From assembly GCF_000016745.1 (NCBI RefSeq), contig NC_009483.1:2820001-2852000 (forward strand): a stretch of DNA of 32,000 nt, given 5' to 3'. Shown here piece by piece: positions 9,073 to 17,655 of the stretch. The DNA is from Geotalea uraniireducens Rf4. Lineage in GTDB: Bacteria > Desulfobacterota > Desulfuromonadia > Geobacterales > Geobacteraceae. The position numbers were made by a program, and so were the translations under genes. The notes beneath the pieces were generated by a model. That model searched no databases. It saw only the letters and a list, made by a program, of their open reading frames with translations, and had not been told where the DNA came from. How positions within the stretch are numbered: position 1 is the stretch's first letter; each line of letters starts with the position of its first letter.

Positions 9073-9242
9073 ATGCGCCTCCTTTGCATAAGTTGGATTC
9101 GATACGGCAATACTGTTTATGTTGGTCGGGCAGTTTAAGGTCATGCCCGGGACCGGAGCTAACAGCCCTCCTTGCAGTGGGCTATGGCCCTGAGTTGGTA
9201 TCTTTCCTCAGCATTGTGATCACCTCCTTCCCGTAGGCAATA

Positions 9243-10085
9243 TCAGGCCGGTTTTTTCCCGTAAACCTTGGCGCTCCAGATCTTGCCGGCCAATTCCTTG
9301 GCATATGAACCGATCCGCTTAGAAATCTGCGGAGTGCGGTCGAAGGCCTCGCCAAGGGCAGTTTCGGCAAACCCGGCGATCTGACCGGCGTCGTAAACCA
9401 GCCGGTCGAGCACCTTGACCTCTACCATTCCCGCTTCTCGCAACCCTTCCAGGTATGCCTCCTCACTGATCGCACCACTAATGCATGATGAATAGAGGGT
9501 CGGGATCGCGAGCAGTTCCGACGGCAGATCCTTGGCCACGATGTCCGAGACCAGCATCGTTCCCCCCGGTTTCAGCACCCGGAATATCTCTCGAAACACC
9601 TTCTGCTTCTCCGGTGACAGATTGATCACGCAGTTGGAGATGACCCAGTCCACCGACCCGCTTTCAACAGGCAAGGCCTCGATGATCCCCTTGCGCACCT
9701 CAACATTGGTAACTTTTGCGGCACGGATGTTTTCGTTAGCCTTGGCAATCATTGCATCGGTCATGTCGACGCCCATGACCCGTCCGGTGGGGCCGACTTT
9801 CTGCGCTGCCAGGAGCAGGTCAAGACCGGCGCCCGAACCGAGGTCGAGGACTACATCCCCCTCCCTGACCCCGGCATAGGCGAGCGGATTGCCGCAGGCA
9901 AACGAACTGGTTGTCATCTCAGCAGGCACAGAGGAGAGCTCTGTTGCCGAATAGCCTGCGAGAGTTGCGAGCGGCCCTTGTGGTGAAAGCGAACCGCAAC
10001 CGCAGCCACACCCCGCCGGGGCTGCTATTCTTTTTGCATAGTCTCTGCTTACCTCATTTCTGATTTCTTCTGCCGGTCTGCTCAT
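9243..10085 (-). CDS. arsM: Arsenite S-adenosylmethionine methyltransferase
   Basis: SAM motif I VLDLGSGAGLD. Conserved As(III)-binding cysteines lie in GCGCGCG, FACGNP, ISNCVINL and YSSCISGA. Overall colinearity with ArsM is good. GGAG lies 6 nt upstream of ATG 10085, and ATG 10091 is an alternative start. Confidence 0.85.
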   Translation of the reverse strand: MSRPAEEIRNEVSRDYAKRIAAPAGCGCGCGSLSPQGPLATLAGYSATELSSVPAEMTTSSFACGNPLAYAGVREGDVVLDLGSGAGLDLLLAAQKVGPTGRVMGVDMTDAMIAKANENIRAAKVTNVEVRKGIIEALPVESGSVDWVISNCVINLSPEKQKVFREIFRVLKPGGTMLVSDIVAKDLPSELLAIPTLYSSCISGAISEEAYLEGLREAGMVEVKVLDRLVYDAGQIAGFAETALGEAFDRTPQISKRIGSYAKELAGKIWSAKVYGKKPA

Positions 10086-10126
10086 TTTCATCTCCTTTTC
10101 TGGTTGAGTTTCCCTTGATAGTGTGC

Positions 10127-10150
10127 AAATGTGCACCCTAATGCACATTT
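10127..10150. promoter_or_regulatory. Perfect 9-bp inverted repeat AAATGTGCA-N6-TGCACATTT between arsR and arsM (candidate ArsR operator)
   Basis: Read directly from the sequence. It lies 42-65 nt upstream of the arsM start. Related TGCA-N3/6-TGCA palindromes occur upstream of arsR (10532-10549) and twice upstream of the ICL/PEPM gene (11470-11482, 11615-11627). Confidence 0.4.
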
Positions 10151-10164
10151 AAGGGCAAAAAAAA

Positions 10165-10518
10165 CTACTTGCAGCCGCCCGGACAGCACTCGTTGATGCA
10201 GGTGGTGATCAGCTCCACAATGGCTGCCAGCTTGGCGCGAAAGACAACGGCATTGACCATGTAATAGACATGGCGGGAGATCTTCTCACTGCTCAGGATC
10301 TCTGCTTCCTGCATGAACCGGAGGTGGCGGGAAATTACCGACCGGTCCTGGGGCAACGCCTTGGCAATGGCCGCGATATCCGAGCTGCCGTTCAAGATCA
10401 GGAACTTGAGAATCTGGACCCGTACCGGCTCGCTCAGGACCTTGAAGAATTTGGAGTCGAAATTGGCGACCAGTTCTTCGGCGTAACTCTCTCTGGTTTT
10501 GGTTTGCGTGTCATTCAT
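10165..10518 (-). CDS. arsR: ArsR/SmtB-family metalloregulator with a C-terminal cysteine cluster
   Basis: Winged HTH (FKVLSEPVRVQILKFLILNGSSDIAAIAKALPQDRSVISRHLRFMQEAEIL). The C-terminal CINECCPGGCK cluster is reminiscent of the C-terminal As(III) site of A. ferrooxidans-type ArsR. The start is ATG 10518 (MNDTQ), and the track start 10557 is upstream of the putative promoter. Confidence 0.85.
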   Translation of the reverse strand: MNDTQTKTRESYAEELVANFDSKFFKVLSEPVRVQILKFLILNGSSDIAAIAKALPQDRSVISRHLRFMQEAEILSSEKISRHVYYMVNAVVFRAKLAAIVELITTCINECCPGGCK

Positions 10519-10526
10519 ACCCCGAC

Positions 10527-10554
10527 TATATATGCATTTACGTGCACATGTCAA
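10527..10554 (-). promoter_or_regulatory. Putative sigma70 promoter of arsR (TTGACA-16-TATATA), very close to the ATG
   Basis: On the minus strand: TTGACA (10554-10549), a 16-nt spacer containing TGTGCACGTAAATGCA, then TATATA (10532-10527). The -10 hexamer ends 8 nt before ATG 10518. Confidence 0.4.
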
Positions 10555-10586
10555 CAAAAAGCTGGAATACGAACCTCAACGGACGA

Positions 10587-11441
10587 CTATTTGTTCAGAA
10601 GTTCCCTCGGCTTGAACAGGCTGTCAACATCCGCTTTGGTCAAGGTATCACTGAAGAGGGTTTCGTATGTTCCATGTTCGGCAAGCTCGGCCGCTATCTT
10701 TTTGGTGCATGCAAGCGCCGTTCGGAATGCCCCCGGGCCGATGCTCAGGCGCGACACACCCAGTTTATTCAGTTCGGGAACGGTTGGTGTGACCGGACTG
10801 GCAAAAATATTGATGGGGGCATCAATAGCTGCGACCAGACGTGCGATCATCTCACCGTCAAGCCAGCCGGGGATGAAGATGCAATCGGCGCCAGCCTGTC
10901 GATAGCTGTTGGACCGTTTCACCGTTTCCTGAAACTGGGCCTCCGGGTCGGAAAAACGAATCTGGTAGGTATCGGTCCGCGCATTTATTACCAAGGGAAT
11001 CCCGACGGAGGCAGCAGCTTCCCTGACGGCTTTCAGTTTCTCGCATTGAAAACCCGTATCAAAGAAGGGCTGATCAGGATTACCGGTGGCGTCCTCCAGA
11101 TTAATTCCCGCCACACCGGCCTTGATAACCCGCTCGACCGTCTCGACTACCTTATCGATTTCCTTTCCATAGCCCGCTTCGATATCGGCATTGACCGGAA
11201 GATCGGTATTTTTCGCGATACGTTCGATAACTTCCATCATTTCCGCAAAAGGAACACACTCCCCGTCCAGATAACCAAGAGAGGCAGCAATGGCGTAGCT
11301 TGTCGTACCGATGGCTTGAAATGAGGCATGTTCGAATATTCTGGTACTCGCCACATCCCAGGCATTGGGCAGAACCAGAGTACCCGGACCTTGATGAAGC
11401 CGAAGAAATGCTTCTGCCTTTTGTTTTTGTTTATCAAGCAT
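10587..11441 (-). CDS. Isocitrate lyase / PEP mutase superfamily protein (no KxCGH lyase loop visible)
   Basis: LVLPNAWDVASTRIFE, ADIEAGYG and GINLED are hallmark ICL/PEPM-superfamily segments. After LED the sequence reads ATGNPDQPFF instead of the K-[KR]-C-G-H gating loop of true (methyl)isocitrate lyases. AGGAGG lies 6 nt upstream of ATG 11441. Confidence 0.8.
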   Translation of the reverse strand: MLDKQKQKAEAFLRLHQGPGTLVLPNAWDVASTRIFEHASFQAIGTTSYAIAASLGYLDGECVPFAEMMEVIERIAKNTDLPVNADIEAGYGKEIDKVVETVERVIKAGVAGINLEDATGNPDQPFFDTGFQCEKLKAVREAAASVGIPLVINARTDTYQIRFSDPEAQFQETVKRSNSYRQAGADCIFIPGWLDGEMIARLVAAIDAPINIFASPVTPTVPELNKLGVSRLSIGPGAFRTALACTKKIAAELAEHGTYETLFSDTLTKADVDSLFKPRELLNK

Positions 11442-11699
11442 TGTACCCCTCCTTGAGGTCGTAATTTAATTGCAATGTGCAACCTTGATAACTTACCCAA
11501 CACCACGACAGGTGCTTTTTTTCGGTGTTCCATTAAGAAGCCGCAGCAAACTGACTACAGTATCCCGTCAAAAAGGGATCATGACTTTCCTTGGGTTAAA
11601 CTTAATCACAATATTTGCAAAATGCAAGTAAAATTTTGAAGGTGAGTGCATATTTTATAGCCACCTATTTTTGTGATAGTGCGAAATGTTTTTGCATTG

Positions 11700-12449
11700 C
11701 TATCGTGCTTCAAAGAATCGACCCTGCACGACAAGTAACTCTGTTGAGGATATAAAAGCTTCCAGCAGGTTCGTAAATGGCTCGACTGCCGACCTTTCTA
11801 CGGTTTCATTGGTGAAGGCGAACAGTGTTACCAGCGTCGGGTGCCGGGCATACCCGCTGCCGAAGCCGAACACACTCTTCACGCCGTGCGCTCCGACGAA
11901 TTCCTGTTTCGGCACGATCATCCGCCCCTGCGGATCCCTGTCAATCCCGGCATCCCTGATGTGGAGCATGCCGCGAAACTGATCCGCACGCCCCGTGGAA
12001 ACGACCTTCGTCTCCCAGTCATCGATCAGACCCAGGTCGAGCCCTACGCTCTCGAACTGCCGGGAGAGCATGGAGAGCGAGGATACGAATGAGGTGGAGG
12101 CCAGAGGGATGCAGCGGAAGTGCGATGAAGCACGGCGGTCGTTCCACGCCGCCATTTCTCCCCGGCTGCCTAGCAGGGTGAAGATGGGAGTAGCGCCGTT
12201 AATCAGATGTGATGTATTCGTGTCCCGCCCCCTGCCGTCCACGAAACGCCGGTCCTCTTCCGGCAGTTCTGCATAGGGGATGGTCATGAACAGCCGCAGC
12301 AACACAAGCGAGTCGCAAAATTGCCCGTAAAGCCTATCCATGAGCCTCTGTGCCGCCTCCTGCGCGCCGGCGCAACCGGCGATCTCGCCCATCCCCGCCT
12401 GCAACTCTTCATAATCAATTGTGGTGGCGTCAGACAAACGTTTTGTCAT
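11700..12449 (-). CDS. Hypothetical cytoplasmic protein (249 aa), no motif recognised
   Basis: ATG 12449 lies 5 nt after GGAGG (12459-12455) and 1 nt after the MFS stop (12453-12451). Codon usage is clean and there are no TM segments. The track start 12509 lies inside the MFS gene. Confidence 0.6.
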   Translation of the reverse strand: MTKRLSDATTIDYEELQAGMGEIAGCAGAQEAAQRLMDRLYGQFCDSLVLLRLFMTIPYAELPEEDRRFVDGRGRDTNTSHLINGATPIFTLLGSRGEMAAWNDRRASSHFRCIPLASTSFVSSLSMLSRQFESVGLDLGLIDDWETKVVSTGRADQFRGMLHIRDAGIDRDPQGRMIVPKQEFVGAHGVKSVFGFGSGYARHPTLVTLFAFTNETVERSAVEPFTNLLEAFISSTELLVVQGRFFEAR

Positions 12450-12450
12450 G

Positions 12451-13640
12451 TCATCCTCCGATCTCGAACACCGCGGTCCGCTCCCGGGAGAAGGCAAGCC
12501 ACGTCCCAATCAGGCTGACAAATGCCAGAATTCCCGCGCCCAGCATAATTTTCTCAGCCCCGTACATACCGGCAAGATAACCGCCAAGCAGCATCGATGC
12601 TATGCCGGGGGGGGTCAGCAGTGCGGTGATCGATCCGTAAACCCTCCCCCTTATATCCGCCCTGGTCACCCTGTCCCTTACGGAATGGATACCGACCAAT
12701 GTCGTGTAGAACAAGGCATAACTCGCCAGCACAATCGCCAAAGCCAGGTTGAAATCGTGTATGAGGCCAAGCGATGCAAACAACAGGTAGTGTGCGCCAA
12801 GTCCCACCACAACAAGCCTGGAAATCTCGACCCTTTTTGCGATAACCGGGCCGAAGAGACTGCCCGCAATGCTCCCCACTCCGATACAGGTCATGAACAG
12901 CCCGTACGCCGTGCTTCCCAGCCCGAAGTACATCTTCACATAGACCACGAACAACGATAGTTGCAATCCAAGGAAGAGCCTCCAGAAGATTGCTATGAAC
13001 GCCAGGAAGCGCAGGGAGCTGTCGTTGGCGATGTAGGCGATGCCAGCCTTCATGTTGGCCAGGATCCCTGCTGCGGTCCTGATGCCGGTGTCCGTACTGT
13101 CCTGGAGCCGAATTCGGGTAATGATGGCCGATGCAAAAAGATAGATAAGGCTCGTGAGTATCAAAAGCCAACGCGGCGTCCAGAGAACAGCGATCAGGCC
13201 TCCAGCGAAAGGGGCGACAATCCGGGCAATACTGAGAAGAATCAGAACCGTGGAATTTCCCTTGAGGTTGTTTTCCTTCTGCATGATCTCGGTCATGATC
13301 AAGGTTCTGACGTTCATGATCATCATGGCGAAGATCGAGATGACAAACCAGATGGGATAAATCCAGGCGATTCTGTCTACGAAGGCGATTGCTGTGATCA
13401 ACACCCCCATCGCCCCCGAGGCAACGGCAAAGACCTTCGTCCGGTCGTAACGGTCGGCAATCGTACCGTAGAGGGGAGAAAACAATCTGGGGATAAACGA
13501 GACCGAGGTGAATATCCCCACGTTCAGCGCGCTGCCGGTAAGGTTGTAGACTGCACGGTCATGACGAAGAAGACGAACTCGTAACCGAAGGCTGACAAGA
13601 GGTATCCCGCGAAAAAGTTTATCAAGTTTTTTCTGGACAT
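12451..13640 (-). pseudogene. MFS transporter (EntS/MFS_3-like) with a frameshift in TM1
   Basis: ATG 13640 lies 10 nt after AAGGAG. It encodes MSRKNLINFFAGYLLSAFGYEFVFFVMTV.. (a proper TM1) but stops at 13526-13524. The remaining 11 TMs (..AVYNLTGSALNVGIFTS..IADRYDR..) are in the frame of track ORF 12451..13662, whose nominal start is a TTG inside the RBS. The junction is near 13552-13560 (GTC ATG ACC GT|GCA GTC TAC). Confidence 0.6.
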
Positions 13641-13678
13641 GATTTCGTATCTCCTTAAACAAGTGTCAAAGCTGATGT

Positions 13679-13948
13679 TCACGGCCCCAGGAACTGGTAA
13701 CCGTTGCCCTCCATGACAACTTCAAACCCCTGTGATTTCCCGGCCTGCAAATTAGAGGAGAATGTCTCCATCTTGTCGGCGGCCCCTTTCCTCACGCGCT
13801 TGCCGATCTCAATGGCCGCCGTCACCTCCTGCGGGTCTGCGCCCGACTTCAAGGCTTTTTCCACATGAATCCGGAGACATGGCTGGCAGTTGGCGGTGAT
13901 AGATGCGCCCACGGCAATCAGTTCCCTTATCCTGTCGTTCAGTTCCAT
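13679..13948 (-). CDS. Carboxymuconolactone decarboxylase (AhpD-like) family protein with CxxC
   Basis: MELNDRIRELIAVGASITANCQPCLRIHVEKALKSGA is the CMD/AhpD core with a CxxC motif (89 aa). ATG 13948 follows a G-rich RBS. Confidence 0.8.
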   Translation of the reverse strand: MELNDRIRELIAVGASITANCQPCLRIHVEKALKSGADPQEVTAAIEIGKRVRKGAADKMETFSSNLQAGKSQGFEVVMEGNGYQFLGP

Positions 13949-14060
13949 AATTCCACCCCCTTGATATGGTTTTGCATCCGAGCCGTTCAGGTCGGACCAT
14001 TTGTAATTGAATAATAAGAGCATCCAGGATAAATGCGTAGATGTAATGGCTCAGATTTGT

Positions 14061-14099
14061 CATGGTAACAGTTATTGGTCGAAACAGACTGTTACCATG
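14061..14099. promoter_or_regulatory. Perfect 12-bp inverted repeat CATGGTAACAGT-N15-ACTGTTACCATG in the divergent MocR/CMD intergenic region
   Basis: Read directly: 14061-14072 is the reverse complement of 14088-14099. It lies 73 nt upstream of the MocR-like start and 113 nt upstream of the CMD start. Confidence 0.45.
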
Positions 14100-14171
14100 C
14101 ATTTTTGCGGAAACTGTATTTGTCTCACGTGACGAATTGGGGTAGAGTGGATTTAATTTCGGGAGGTTTCT

Positions 14172-15581
14172 ATGCTGCTCTATGAAGAGGTCGCCGACAG
14201 GATCGGCGGGATGATCAAGAATGGGACCTACCGGGCCGGCGAGCGAATCCCATCAATACGGGCCCTGAGCCGGCAGATGCGGGTCAGCGTCAACACGGTC
14301 ATGGAGTCCTACGCCCGGCTTGAAAACCTGGGAATGATCGAGGCGCGCCCCCAATCAGGCTATTACGTCTGTTCCAATCTTACGGATCCGGCGCGCCGGT
14401 CAGCCGTTGAGAGAGTTGGGGATATCGCACCGAATCCGGTTATCCTGGGAGATGTCGCCCTGGAGGTCATGCGCAACATAGCCAACCCCGCGCTCGTTCC
14501 GCTCGGCGGGGGCATACCGAATTCAGACCTGCTGCCGGTTGACAGATTGAACCGCATGCTTGCCTCCGAATCGAGGCGGTTCCGCCTGCAAAGCATTTCC
14601 TACCCGCCGCATCAGGGTCACAAGCGGCTTCGCACCCAGATCGCCAGGCGTTCGCTCAACTCCGGCTGCTCCCTGGCGCCCGATGATATCGTCATCACCT
14701 CGGGTTGCGTAGAGGCGATGAACCTGGCGCTTCAGGCGGTGTGCCGCCCCGGCGACACCGTGGCCATCGGCTCTCCAGTCTACCCCACCTTTCTCAAATC
14801 GATACAGTGGATGGGGCTGAAGGTGCTGGAGATCCCCTCCTCAGGCTCTGGGATGAACCTGGAAGTCCTCGACTACGCCATCCGGCACAACCCGGTCAGC
14901 GCCTGCATCACCATAGCCAACTTCAACAATCCGCTTGGGAGCCTCATGCCGGACGACCGGAAGCGGGAACTGGTAACTCTTCTGGCAAAGCACGACATCC
15001 CTCTCATAGAGGACGACGTCTACGGCGATCTGGCATACGGCCCAGTACGGCCCCCCTCGACCAAGGCCTTCGATGAAAAGGGGCTGGTGCTCTACTGCTG
15101 CTCGTTCTCCAAGACCCTGGCCCCCGGTTACCGGGTCGGTTGGATCGCCCCCGGCAGGTTCATGGAAAAGGTTGCCCAATTGAAGACACTGTTCAACATT
15201 GCCACCGCCTCGCCGACCCAGCTCGCCGTCGCCGAGTTCCTGACCAACGGAGGCTACGATCATCACCTGCGCACACTCCGCCGGGCCTATGCCAGACAAA
15301 CGGCTCTGGCGCGGGAAGCGGTCAGTCGCTATTTCCCGCCGGGAACACGGGTCAGCCGCCCCGAAGGGGGTTATATCCTGTGGGTGGAAATGTCGGAGGG
15401 GTTCGATGCCTTCGGTCTCTACGAGGCGGCCTTGCGGGAGGGGATCGGCATCGCCCCCGGATCGATCTTCACGTTGGGGGACAAATACAAAAACTGTCTC
15501 AGGCTTAATGCCGCCTTCTGGTCGGAACGGGTTGAAGAGGCACTGGAAACACTTGGTTGTTTGGCTGAAAAGATCGCGTAA
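14172..15581 (+). CDS. MocR/GabR/PdxR-type regulator (GntR wHTH fused to a PLP aminotransferase-like domain)
   Basis: N-terminal GntR HTH (IPSIRALSRQMRVSVNTVMESYARLENLGMIEARPQSGYYV). Fold-type I aminotransferase domain with PLP-lysine motif SFSKTLAPGYRVGW. GGGAGG lies 5 nt upstream of ATG 14172. Confidence 0.9.
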   Translation: MLLYEEVADRIGGMIKNGTYRAGERIPSIRALSRQMRVSVNTVMESYARLENLGMIEARPQSGYYVCSNLTDPARRSAVERVGDIAPNPVILGDVALEVMRNIANPALVPLGGGIPNSDLLPVDRLNRMLASESRRFRLQSISYPPHQGHKRLRTQIARRSLNSGCSLAPDDIVITSGCVEAMNLALQAVCRPGDTVAIGSPVYPTFLKSIQWMGLKVLEIPSSGSGMNLEVLDYAIRHNPVSACITIANFNNPLGSLMPDDRKRELVTLLAKHDIPLIEDDVYGDLAYGPVRPPSTKAFDEKGLVLYCCSFSKTLAPGYRVGWIAPGRFMEKVAQLKTLFNIATASPTQLAVAEFLTNGGYDHHLRTLRRAYARQTALAREAVSRYFPPGTRVSRPEGGYILWVEMSEGFDAFGLYEAALREGIGIAPGSIFTLGDKYKNCLRLNAAFWSERVEEALETLGCLAEKIA

Positions 15582-15703
15582 TGGGGTGGCTTATGTCCGC
15601 GGTTCCGTCCTGGTGATTGTGCTGCGATGCCCTAAATCATGTCCCCGAATTCTCAGTGTACCCAGCGCGATCGAGCATTATCGAGGCCAATTCCCTCCAT
15701 GAC

Positions 15704-16927
15704 TCAGAATCCACCTTCCGTCTCCCCGGTCCTGAGCGCCCTCTTGATCTCGTCGTTGATGCTCTCCGGCAGACCCTTCATCTCGATATCAAGGAACCCG
15801 CGAACGATGGCTGCCGTCGCCTCTTCACCGGTCAGCCCCCGTGCCATGAGGTACTCGATTTCTTCCGGGGCAATCTTCCCGACCGCCGCCTCGTGAGTCA
15901 TCTCCAGATCCTTTACGCTCCCCTCCAGCTCGGGAATGGCATGGATCTTCCCGCGGTCAGAAAGGATAAGCCCGCGGCACTCCAGGTGCCCCTTGACCCC
16001 TTCTGCCTCGCCGATGAAATGGCCCCGCGCCACTATGTTGCCACCCGTGGTGATGGCCTTCGAGACGGCCTCGGCCCTGCACCCCTTCGCCCGCAGGTAG
16101 ACCCGTGCGCCCACATCGATGTTCGACCCCTCCTGGGCGAGGAGGACGGAATTGAAGCGGACCGTGGCGTTTTCGCCCACGCAGTAGGCAGTCGGGTACG
16201 CCTGGAGGGTTTTTACCGGCTTCATGCAGATATAGTTGCTGATGAATACGCCGTTTTCTTCGACGATCGCGGCGGTTCTCGGCCGCACGGCAACCTCCGG
16301 CGCCCAGTTGTGGATCATGGTGAAGGTGAGCCGGGCATTTTTCTTCACGTAAAACTCCGAGACGCCGATGTGGAGACCCGACCTCACCCGGGGAGCCACC
16401 GTGCACCCGGTGATGATGTGCAGCTCGGCGCCCTCCTCGGCAATGACGATATTGTGGACGTTCTGGGCCAGGCCTTCCCGCGTCATGTAGAGACACGCCT
16501 GAAGGGGAACTTCGACCTTTGCGCCGGGAAGAGCCCGGAGAAAATAGCCGTGGTGCGGTTCAAGCTCGGCCCTGGCAGTGTACTTATCCGCATCCACCGC
16601 CAGGGCCTTCCACCAGTAATCCTTCAGCCAGTCGTACTTTTCCAGGGCTGCGCCGATATCCATCACCTCAAGCCCGCTCTGGTAGGCGGCAGCAAAAACG
16701 ACCGAATGGTCCATCTGGAAAAAGGACCCCATCCGGCAGGCCTCACCGGTATCGACTCCCACGCTCAAGGCCCTTTCCCGAACATCATCAGGCAGCTCCC
16801 GCAGCCCGGCAACCTTCCCGTGCTCAGCCGCCTCAGCCTGATAGGCGGCAAGGTCGATGTCGGGGCCGAACGGCGCAGGTTTTCCTGCTGCGGCTTCACT
16901 CTTCTTTTTCAGATCTATCCGCGACAT
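15704..16927 (-). CDS. SufB/SufD-family Fe-S cluster assembly scaffold protein
   Basis: Beta-helix-type SufBD core (..HNIVIAEEGAELHIITGC..RLTFTMIHNW..) and C-terminal ..EIEYLMARGLTGEEATAAIVRGF. The start overlaps the end of sufC. Confidence 0.85.
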   Translation of the reverse strand: MSRIDLKKKSEAAAGKPAPFGPDIDLAAYQAEAAEHGKVAGLRELPDDVRERALSVGVDTGEACRMGSFFQMDHSVVFAAAYQSGLEVMDIGAALEKYDWLKDYWWKALAVDADKYTARAELEPHHGYFLRALPGAKVEVPLQACLYMTREGLAQNVHNIVIAEEGAELHIITGCTVAPRVRSGLHIGVSEFYVKKNARLTFTMIHNWAPEVAVRPRTAAIVEENGVFISNYICMKPVKTLQAYPTAYCVGENATVRFNSVLLAQEGSNIDVGARVYLRAKGCRAEAVSKAITTGGNIVARGHFIGEAEGVKGHLECRGLILSDRGKIHAIPELEGSVKDLEMTHEAAVGKIAPEEIEYLMARGLTGEEATAAIVRGFLDIEMKGLPESINDEIKRALRTGETEGGF

Positions 16928-17655
16928 TGCACACACCCCTCGTACCCCTTCGTTCTGATGTCTTCCAGGAGATCCCGCGGGTTGCCCGAGCAGTAGACGG
17001 TGCCGTCGAGCATCACGTAGGCGCGATCGGCGTTCACGTAATCCAGGACATATCCCGAGTGGGTGACGATCAGCCCCGCCCTCCCCCTTTGCGCCGCGGC
17101 CTTCTCTTTTTCCAGGAGATCGTTGATCGCCCGGCCGACCAGGTTGATGTTCACCAGATCCACCCCAGAGTCGGGCTCATCGAGCATGATGAACGACGGC
17201 TCCTGTCCCATAAGCTGCAAGAGCTCGCTCCGCTTGATTTCGCCCCCGGAAAAACCGAGGTTGATATCCCTATCGAGGAAGTCGGCCAGATTCAGTTGAC
17301 GCGCCAGACCAAAGAGCTCATCTTCGTCCCTATGGCGTCTTTTCTCCATGCAGATGCGCAGTATCTCCCTGAGCTTGACCCCCCTGACCGCGGGCGGACG
17401 CTGGAAGGCCATGCCGATCCCGAGCCGTGCCCGCTCGTCTATGGCGAGCCCGGTGATGTCTTCGCCTCTGAAGAGTATCCGGCCGGATTCCACCCGGTAG
17501 TGCTCCACGCCCATGATCGTCTTGAGCAGAGAAGTCTTGCCGCAGCCGTTCGGGCCGAAAAGGACCGCAACAGTCCCCGCCTCGATCCGCAGGTTCACAT
17601 CCCGCAGGATCCGCTTTTCTCCGATCCTGACCGTCAATCCCGTTACCTCGATCAT
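16915..17655 (-). CDS. sufC: Fe-S cluster assembly ATPase SufC
   Basis: Walker A GPNGCGKTS, signature FSGGEIKRSELLQL, Walker B FIMLDEPDSGVD. SufC-typical length (246 aa) and adjacency to SufB/D. Confidence 0.9.
   Translation of the reverse strand: MIEVTGLTVRIGEKRILRDVNLRIEAGTVAVLFGPNGCGKTSLLKTIMGVEHYRVESGRILFRGEDITGLAIDERARLGIGMAFQRPPAVRGVKLREILRICMEKRRHRDEDELFGLARQLNLADFLDRDINLGFSGGEIKRSELLQLMGQEPSFIMLDEPDSGVDLVNINLVGRAINDLLEKEKAAAQRGRAGLIVTHSGYVLDYVNADRAYVMLDGTVYCSGNPRDLLEDIRTKGYEGCVQCRG

Noticed and set aside
10542-11324. 260-aa plus-strand ORF opposite the ICL/PEPM-family gene
   Set aside because: The minus-strand product has the superfamily motifs and a perfect RBS. The plus-strand ORF has neither.
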